Shown here piece after piece: positions 57,574 through 64,000 of a DNA stretch of 64,000 nucleotides. Each line of letters opens with the position of its first letter. Within the stretch, counting starts at the first letter, position 1. The DNA is taken from positions 379,920 through 443,919 of the forward strand of contig JBAZJI010000001.1 in assembly GCA_041651395.1 (NCBI GenBank), written 5' to 3'. The notes beneath the pieces were generated by a model. It searched no databases. It was not told the origin of the DNA and worked only from the letters and a program-made list of their open reading frames with translations. The stretch is from Minisyncoccota bacterium. Lineage in GTDB: Bacteria; Patescibacteriota; Minisyncoccia; Minisyncoccales; JAGOPM01. The translations under genes were made by a program, and so were the position numbers.

Positions 57574-59048
57574 AATTTTTTTGCATAATTTACTCGGCGA
57601 AGAAACCGGTCTTTGCCTAAAACCGCACCAACTTCAAAGGGCCCGGCCGAAGCCTTTTTTCCGGTTAAAAGGACGCGCATTGGCCAAAGTAACTGGCCGC
57701 GGACCTTAACCTTGGCCGCGGGTAAATCAATATACCCTAAATAAATTTTTTCCAAAATTTCTTTAGTCCATTGCGAATCAGAAATGGTATCGGCTAATTC
57801 CCCTATTACCTGAAGGGAATTTTTAATATCTTGATCGGTCATATCTTTCCAGCGTAAAAGTTCTTTCTCGTAGACAATCTCTGTCTTAAAGAAAAAATCC
57901 GCGATATCGGGAAATTCCGCTAAAGTAACCAAACGGTCTTTATAGAGCGCAATCGCCGCCTCTAAGTAGTGCTCATTGGAAAAAGCTTCCTCGCTTAGCC
58001 CGGCTTTACGCAAAAATGGCTTAAGCAGATTAGCCAGCTCCCCTAAAGGTTTGGTGCGGATATACATACCGTTAAACCAATTAAGCTTTTGAACATTAAA
58101 TATTGCGCCACTGGGCCTCACCCGCTCAATACTAAACTCCGCCACTAGTTGCTCCAAAGAAAACATTTCCCGCTCATCGCCCGGGTTCCAGCCTAAAAAC
58201 ACGATAAAATTATTAATGGCCTCAGGCAAATACCCCTGATTAAAATAAAAATTTACCGGCTCGGCATTATGGCGCTTGGAAAGTTTAGACTTATCCGGAC
58301 CTAAAATCATAGGCATGTGTGCGTAGACAATACCGGGAAAGCCCAGAGCCTCTTGTAACTGGATTTGCTTGGGGGTGTTGGGAATATGGTCTTCGCCGCG
58401 AATGACGTGGCTAATTTTCATTTCATAATCATCGATAACACATGCGAGATTGTAAAGCGGCGTCGAAATATCAGTGGCAATAACTGTATCCCCGAACAAG
58501 GCCGTATCGAATTCCACCTTGCCCCTGATTAAATCATGAAATGAAACTTTTTTATTGTTGCTTTTGAAGCGAATAACACAAGGTAAGCCCTTTTGCAGAT
58601 TCTCTTTTATAGTTTGAGGTGGCAGATCAGCGCATTTGCCGTCATACTTGGGCTGTATCCCCTGCTCGATTTGATAATTTTTCTTTGCCTCCAATTCGTC
58701 TTTGGTGCAAAAACAATAATATGCCTTGCCTTCGGCGATTAATTTTTCTAGATATTTTTTATAAATTTCCCGCCTTTCGCTTTGCCGATATGGGCCATAT
58801 TCGCCACCAATATCGGGCCCCTCATCATAATTAAGCCCTAACCATTTAAGCCCGGCGAGTATATCCAGCTCAAACTCTTTTTTACTTCTTGAAATATCGG
58901 TATCTTCCACGCGCAAAATAAACTTGCCGCCGTGTTTTTTGGCAAAAAGGTAATTATAAAGCGCGGCCCGTACGCTGCCGATATGCAAAAAACCGGTTGG
59001 ACTGGGAGCAAAACGGGTCCGTAAATTTTTTATCTCAGGATCAGACAT
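57564..59048 (-). CDS. gltX: Glutamate--tRNA ligase
   Basis: Start at MSDPEIKNLRTRFAPSPTGFLHIGS (HIGH motif). KLSKR (KMSKS motif). Confidence 0.9.
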   Translation of the reverse strand: MSDPEIKNLRTRFAPSPTGFLHIGSVRAALYNYLFAKKHGGKFILRVEDTDISRSKKEFELDILAGLKWLGLNYDEGPDIGGEYGPYRQSERREIYKKYLEKLIAEGKAYYCFCTKDELEAKKNYQIEQGIQPKYDGKCADLPPQTIKENLQKGLPCVIRFKSNNKKVSFHDLIRGKVEFDTALFGDTVIATDISTPLYNLACVIDDYEMKISHVIRGEDHIPNTPKQIQLQEALGFPGIVYAHMPMILGPDKSKLSKRHNAEPVNFYFNQGYLPEAINNFIVFLGWNPGDEREMFSLEQLVAEFSIERVRPSGAIFNVQKLNWFNGMYIRTKPLGELANLLKPFLRKAGLSEEAFSNEHYLEAAIALYKDRLVTLAEFPDIADFFFKTEIVYEKELLRWKDMTDQDIKNSLQVIGELADTISDSQWTKEILEKIYLGYIDLPAAKVKVRGQLLWPMRVLLTGKKASAGPFEVGAVLGKDRFLRRVNYAKKLWE

Positions 59049-59096
59049 AAATGTTTGTTCGCATAATTTATACCCCAAAAAGGGCAAAAATTCAAC

Positions 59097-60257
59097 TTAC
59101 GAAAGTAAAGAATAGATATCCGAGGCAATTATTTGGGCAGCGTTAATCTTGGCAAATTCTCTAGCGGCTCTACTCATTTGCTCTCGCTTAGCCGAATCAT
59201 TGGCAATAACCCGGATTTGCTCCAAAAACAAATTAGGCGTAAAGTTCCCCTCCTCCATAATAGTGGCCGCCCCGGTGCGAGAATAAATAAAAGCATTCAT
59301 GGATTGGTGGTTTTGGGCGGATTCGGGTAAAGGAATTAAAATACTGGGCTTGCCGGCTTTGGCAATTTCAAAAATACTGCCCGAACCGGCCCGGCTAATA
59401 ACAACATCAGCGGCCGCCAAGGCATTGGCATACTGCGCATCATCTAAAAAACCGGCCAAATGATAGTATTTGCATAAATTTTCCGGCATTAAACGTTCAC
59501 ACATTTGCAAATATTGTTTGATATTGGCCGTGCCGCACTGATGGATAACTTCAAACTCAAGCAAAATTTGGTCTAAAACATTAAGCACCATGTCGTTAAA
59601 CCTTTGGGAGCCTTGCGAACCACCGACAATTAAAATTATCGGTTTCTCAAAGCTCAAAGAAAACATTTGTCCGGCCGTGCCCTTATTGCCTAAGAGTAAT
59701 GATTCTCTGACCGGATTACCAACCAAAGTGGTTTTTTGCGGCGGGAACCATAATTTCTTTTGCGCAAAGGAAATATAAATTTTCTCCGCAAACATTCCTA
59801 TCAAACGGTTAGCCGCCCCGGGAATAGAATCAGATTCATGGAGATAAACTTTTTTATAAAGCAGCCAGCCGGCAAATGAAGCCGGCACCGCCCCATAACC
59901 CCCTTTGCAAAAAATCAACTTGACGGAAAATAAATTAAATAAAATCCAAAAATAAGCTTGAATAAGCCCGAAGGGAATTCGAAAAATTATATCGATAAAA
60001 TTATTAAAAATATCTAAAACGCTTCCTGTCCGGCGGAACTTCCCTGAAGAAATATTTACAACTTTAATCCCCTCTTCAATTAACAAATAATCCAATTCCC
60101 CTTTAGGGCCCAAGAATACATATTCGAGCGTATCGTAAACCACGCCTTTTTTGGTTTGCCTGGCAATGGTCTGTTCATATTTTTTTAACTCGCGGACTAT
60201 GGCAATAATGGGAATGATATGCCCGCCGGAGCCGCCGCCCGCAAAAACAATTTTCAT
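59097..60257 (-). CDS. murG: Lipid II synthase MurG (undecaprenyl-PP-MurNAc-pentapeptide GlcNAc transferase)
   Basis: Start at MKIVFAGGGSGGHIIP. C-terminal SRAGSGSIFEIA. 4-nt overlap with ftsW. Confidence 0.85.
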   Translation of the reverse strand: MKIVFAGGGSGGHIIPIIAIVRELKKYEQTIARQTKKGVVYDTLEYVFLGPKGELDYLLIEEGIKVVNISSGKFRRTGSVLDIFNNFIDIIFRIPFGLIQAYFWILFNLFSVKLIFCKGGYGAVPASFAGWLLYKKVYLHESDSIPGAANRLIGMFAEKIYISFAQKKLWFPPQKTTLVGNPVRESLLLGNKGTAGQMFSLSFEKPIILIVGGSQGSQRFNDMVLNVLDQILLEFEVIHQCGTANIKQYLQMCERLMPENLCKYYHLAGFLDDAQYANALAAADVVISRAGSGSIFEIAKAGKPSILIPLPESAQNHQSMNAFIYSRTGAATIMEEGNFTPNLFLEQIRVIANDSAKREQMSRAAREFAKINAAQIIASDIYSLLS

Positions 60258-61345
60258 GTTTGGGATTTTGAAATATTTAATATAACGCCGCACGCCGTCA
60301 AAACCAAAAGCAAAGCCGTGCCCCCGGCACTCATGAAGGGCAATGGTAGACCCGTGACTGGCAGAAATCCAATCGAAGAAAAAATATGGATAAAGGCTTG
60401 AATACCGATCCAAGAAGTAATCCCGGCCGAGAGCATTTTACTAAACGTATCGCGCGAGCGAATGGCAATACTTATTCCCTGCCAAATAAACCAGACGTAT
60501 AGGCCAACTACGCATAAGGCCCCAAAAAATCCCGTTTCCTCGGCAATAATGGCAAAAATAGAATCAGTGGCGGCCTGCGGCACTCCGCCATACTTTTGGC
60601 GGCTCATATTTAAGCCAACTCCAGTAATACCCCCCGAACCCACGGTAATCATTAATTGCTTTTGATGATAACCCACACTGGAAGGATCGGAATCATTTGT
60701 AACCAAAGCCTTGATACGGGCAAAACGATAGGCCTCAGTAAAAGCCAAAAAGGAAATTAAAACTCCGATACAACAGAAAATAATAGCAATATGTTTAAGC
60801 TTAGCCTCGGAGAACAGATAAATCACACCGACTGAAAACATCGTAACAATCAGAGTACTCAAATCTTTTTGCAAAATAATCGGCAAGGCCGCGGCCAAAG
60901 CAATGCCTAAAAAAATAAAAGAATCTTTTAGTTTTTTGACCCGGCGGACGCTAAAGTAATACGAAAAATAAATTATCAACGCCAGCTTAAAAAATTCCGA
61001 GGGCTGAACAGTTGTAAAATGCAAATTAATCCAACGGCTGGCGCCCCCGGCATTCATACCTATGACGGGCAAAAAAACCGCAAACATCAAAACATAACAT
61101 GCCAAAACAAAATGCAAAGCATATTTTTTCAAAATGTCCAAATTGCGCATCCCTAAAATTGTAAACATTATCACTAGCCCGGGGATAATGGCAAAAACCA
61201 ACTGTTTAATGATTACCGAATAAGGATTAGTAGTCCCGCGGATCGAAGCCGAGGCCGTAGAGATTCCGGCTAAAATCGCAAAACCCAAAATCAAAAGCAG
61301 TAGAATACAGCTTAAAAAAGAAATGGTGGCTTGTGGTAATTTCAT
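60254..61345 (-). CDS. ftsW: SEDS-family peptidoglycan glycosyltransferase FtsW/RodA
   Basis: 363 aa and polytopic. QPSEFFK, TDSIFAIIAEE and PFMSAGGT motifs. Confidence 0.85.
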   Translation of the reverse strand: MKLPQATISFLSCILLLLILGFAILAGISTASASIRGTTNPYSVIIKQLVFAIIPGLVIMFTILGMRNLDILKKYALHFVLACYVLMFAVFLPVIGMNAGGASRWINLHFTTVQPSEFFKLALIIYFSYYFSVRRVKKLKDSFIFLGIALAAALPIILQKDLSTLIVTMFSVGVIYLFSEAKLKHIAIIFCCIGVLISFLAFTEAYRFARIKALVTNDSDPSSVGYHQKQLMITVGSGGITGVGLNMSRQKYGGVPQAATDSIFAIIAEETGFFGALCVVGLYVWFIWQGISIAIRSRDTFSKMLSAGITSWIGIQAFIHIFSSIGFLPVTGLPLPFMSAGGTALLLVLTACGVILNISKSQT

Positions 61346-62679
61346 TGGTATTTTATGATCTCGTTCTTAAATTGCTCGCCGCGGTCTCTATAATCCTTAA
61401 ATAATCCGAAACTTGGCGCAGCGCAGGAAAGTAAGCAGGACATTCCTTGGGGCGTATGCTTAATGCAGAACTCTACAGCCTGGCGCATGTTACTGGCAAA
61501 AATATAATCAGGCAACGGGATTTCGCGTTTCTTGCACAAGTCCCCTATTGCAGAGAGCATGAACTTTCCCGACTCAGGAAAAAAGGCGATTTTTTTGATA
61601 TTGGCCCCGATAATGGCAAGTGCCAACTGGTCGTATTTAATTTTCCGATCGTAGCCCCCTAAAATTATTGAGCCGACTTTACCGTTAAGCGACTTAATAG
61701 CGGCGATCGTGGCTTCTGGGATAGTTGCTAAGCTGTCATCGTAAAAATCAATGCCATAATAATTGCCCAAATATTGCATTCGATGCTCAAGAGGCCTGAA
61801 AGTTTTAAGCGCTTTTTCAATTTTCCCCGCCTCCAGGCGCAAGGCTAAAGCGACTACAATGGCGGCTTGGATATTTTCCCGGTAAATTTCCGGCGATATC
61901 GGCAAATCGTTTTCCTCGACAAAATTAGAAATGGCTATCTGGTTAAAATCAATGGCGCTGGCTTTAGTCTTTTTAACGAGCTTGGCGATTAATTCCGAAT
62001 TACCATTATAAACAAAAATCCCGTTCTTTTTCTGCCACAAAACTATATTGGCTTTGGCCTTAAAATATTCGTTAAAATCTTTGTAATAATCCAGATGCTC
62101 GGGGTAAACATTAAGAAAAACAGAAATATCCGGGCTAATCTCTAAACGGTCCAGCTGGTGCGAAGACATTTCATATACACACCATTGCCCGGCCCGCAAT
62201 TTTGGCAAAATGGAAAGCGGCGGGATACCTATATTGCCCAAAAGCTGCGTCTTAAATCCGGCGGTTTTCAGAATGTGATAAACAAGCGAAGCCGTGGTGC
62301 TTTTGCCTTTTGTGCCCGTTACCCCGATAACCCAAGCGGGACAGTTTTTCAAAAATATTTCAGTTTCCGAGGTAACCTTGCAACCTCGCGGCAGCAACTT
62401 TTGAATTTTACGCAAAGGCAATCCGGGGGTTTTGATAACTACGTCAATCCCTTCAAAAGCTAAAGGAAAATCAGCTCCTAGAAATAATTTTATTTTAGCT
62501 TTACGCGCTTTTTTCAAAAGTCGGCGCCCTTCTAAATCAAAATCGTCGAAAGCCTTTTCGTCGGCAATGGAAATTTTGCGCGAAATCTTCGCCTCAAAAA
62601 TCCACTTTAAGGTTTCCCGGCCTTCCCGGCCAAAACCCAAAACCAATATTTTTTTCTGTTTCAAGTCGGCGATTTTCAT
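61342..62679 (-). CDS. murD: UDP-N-acetylmuramoylalanine--glutamate ligase
   Basis: 445 aa. VLGFGREGRE Rossmann motif and P-loop GVTGTKGKSTTASL. Confidence 0.85.
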   Translation of the reverse strand: MKIADLKQKKILVLGFGREGRETLKWIFEAKISRKISIADEKAFDDFDLEGRRLLKKARKAKIKLFLGADFPLAFEGIDVVIKTPGLPLRKIQKLLPRGCKVTSETEIFLKNCPAWVIGVTGTKGKSTTASLVYHILKTAGFKTQLLGNIGIPPLSILPKLRAGQWCVYEMSSHQLDRLEISPDISVFLNVYPEHLDYYKDFNEYFKAKANIVLWQKKNGIFVYNGNSELIAKLVKKTKASAIDFNQIAISNFVEENDLPISPEIYRENIQAAIVVALALRLEAGKIEKALKTFRPLEHRMQYLGNYYGIDFYDDSLATIPEATIAAIKSLNGKVGSIILGGYDRKIKYDQLALAIIGANIKKIAFFPESGKFMLSAIGDLCKKREIPLPDYIFASNMRQAVEFCIKHTPQGMSCLLSCAAPSFGLFKDYRDRGEQFKNEIIKYQ

Positions 62680-64000
62680 AGCAAAGTCTTAAGACCAGCC
62701 AGTAATTTTTTCGGCAAAAAATTCTTTTGCAATTTGAATAACGCTTTTAATTGGGTTTTGGAAATCTTTTTCTTGGCTAATATCTCCCGGGCGCGTTTTA
62801 GAAGCACCTGATCAGGCAAAGCGTTTTGCCGATTATATTCCAAACCAAATTTTAATGCGGCTAAAGTTTCCAAACGCATCCCTACGCATTCCAAGGGCTT
62901 GCCTTGGGTATACCCGCTAAGCGCTTCTAAATCCCCTATCAAGGCGCTGTTCTCGAATAGATCGCTGCCAAAAATTTCTATGGCTTTTTCTTTACCCAAA
63001 AACGGATAAAGTATCAAATAGGCAAAAAGGCACTTACTGCAATTACCACACCAAGAAAATGTCGGTTTTTTGGTGCCCGAATACGAACGTTGAGCCACAT
63101 TGCAGCTCAAAAATATTTTATGATACTGCGTCAGTGAAGAAAAAATTTGCGCGCACTTTATCTCATTTAAGGGCCGGATGATACTGAAATATTCTAAGTC
63201 GCGGGAAATATTTTCCGACAAATAGCGGCGGAAATCCTTTTCGAATGCCAGGCTTTTGGAATATTGGTGGTTTATCTTTTTTTCCTGCCAAATTAGCGAC
63301 TCCTCATTGGCGCTATTCTCATTGGCGACAACAAAACCCTTATAGCCCCCCAAAATCGCACACAATGTTCCCAAAAAAGCCAAATAGGCCGAAAATGGGG
63401 TGTGGCCATTCAAAAATCCTTGTTGATTTAATTCTAAAAGCTTTGGGCAAATTTTGCGTTCAATAATAACCTGATCTTGAGCTCCGCTGATTTTGGCCAT
63501 CTCCAAGCTCGAGGGGATCGGGTTAAGCATCAGAACAGAAAAATTTTCTGAGGCTTTTTTGAACACCTCTATGCCCACGGCCGAATCCTTTCCCCCACCA
63601 AGTCCAAAAAGATAATCACGAGTCTTAAAATGTTTTGTGGGCACGGACTTGGCTTTGGAAAATGAAAAATCTACAAAATTTTTCTTCGAAAAATCGACAA
63701 TATTATTCTCATAAAAATATTGCCCCATTCCCTGCAAAAGTAATTTCTTCCAAAAGACAGCCTGCTTTTGGCTAAGCGTCCCTTTTTCGATGATAATCTT
63801 TGGGCTACAAAAGGCCTTCCAATAAGAGAATAATTCGATTAAGCCTAAGTTAAAAACCAAAGTATCGATAATTGGTTTATTAGCCGCTTGCGTGACCCAA
63901 GCCTCAAGGCCTACAATATTTTTTATCCGCACCCGAGGGAAAAACTCATGCTCCCCGGCAACAAAAGCAAAATCAACAACAAAATCGTTGTTTTCATCTA
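62676..64000 (-). CDS. PP-loop-like (GGGKDS) protein translationally coupled to murD; 5' end outside the window
   Basis: The frame stays open to the window edge. LFGLGGGKDSAVG resembles the SGGKDS PP-loop motif. C-terminal CGNCSKC. 4-nt overlap with the murD start. Confidence 0.5.
   Translation of the reverse strand, partial: DENNDFVVDFAFVAGEHEFFPRVRIKNIVGLEAWVTQAANKPIIDTLVFNLGLIELFSYWKAFCSPKIIIEKGTLSQKQAVFWKKLLLQGMGQYFYENNIVDFSKKNFVDFSFSKAKSVPTKHFKTRDYLFGLGGGKDSAVGIEVFKKASENFSVLMLNPIPSSLEMAKISGAQDQVIIERKICPKLLELNQQGFLNGHTPFSAYLAFLGTLCAILGGYKGFVVANENSANEESLIWQEKKINHQYSKSLAFEKDFRRYLSENISRDLEYFSIIRPLNEIKCAQIFSSLTQYHKIFLSCNVAQRSYSGTKKPTFSWCGNCSKCLFAYLILYPFLGKEKAIEIFGSDLFENSALIGDLEALSGYTQGKPLECVGMRLETLAALKFGLEYNRQNALPDQVLLKRAREILAKKKISKTQLKALFKLQKNFLPKKLLAGLKTLL

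Overview
This window looks like a chromosomal segment from a small-genome, CPR/Patescibacteria-like bacterium read with the standard code (an inference from gene content, rRNA layout and short housekeeping genes).

Core content:
- Cell-wall and division genes: murC, mreC/mreD/PBP2, a murF-like gene, a FemAB-family gene, ftsQ, and murG-ftsW-murD.
- Translation genes: rplY, rpmE, prfA, rpsB, tsf, rplI, rpmA, lysS, serS, gltX.
- The hrcA-grpE-dnaK-dnaJ heat-shock operon behind a CIRCE-like operator.
- hppA, greA and uppS.
- Three tRNAs: Thr-UGU, Val-GAC and Lys-UUU.
- An rRNA set in which the 16S gene (about 11724-13200) sits about 6.9 kb away from 23S-5S (20124-23236), with protein genes in between.

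Most interesting observations:
1. A compact ubiquitin-like conjugation cassette lies between the 5S terminator and tRNA-Val (23.9-26.8 kb). It has a Cys-bearing E2-like candidate, an intact JAMM/JAB peptidase, a minimal E1/ThiF-like adenylyltransferase, and an 86-aa beta-grasp Ubl ending in a free Gly.
2. The 16S 3' tail reads GATCA-TTTTATTTT instead of GATCA-CCTCCTT, so there is no anti-Shine-Dalgarno. In line with this, conserved core genes have no SD. Yet about 20 lineage-specific or hypothetical genes, including the whole Ubl cassette, carry near-perfect AGGAGG at SD spacing.
3. The tRNA-Thr locus is a mosaic. A small GIY-YIG gene is bracketed by direct repeats of the tRNA 5' part, with a 20-nt perfect palindrome inserted in one repeat. 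A second 3' tRNA fragment carries a structured insert of about 98 nt at anticodon-loop position 37/38.
4. A 40-nt identical, pseudoknot-capable leader element precedes two divergent paralogous genes and can alternatively pair with their start codons.
5. A dif-like 12-6-12 site sits directly upstream of the single Xer recombinase.

No CRISPR array, transposase or prophage was seen. All calls come from reading the sequence and motifs by eye; no database search was run.
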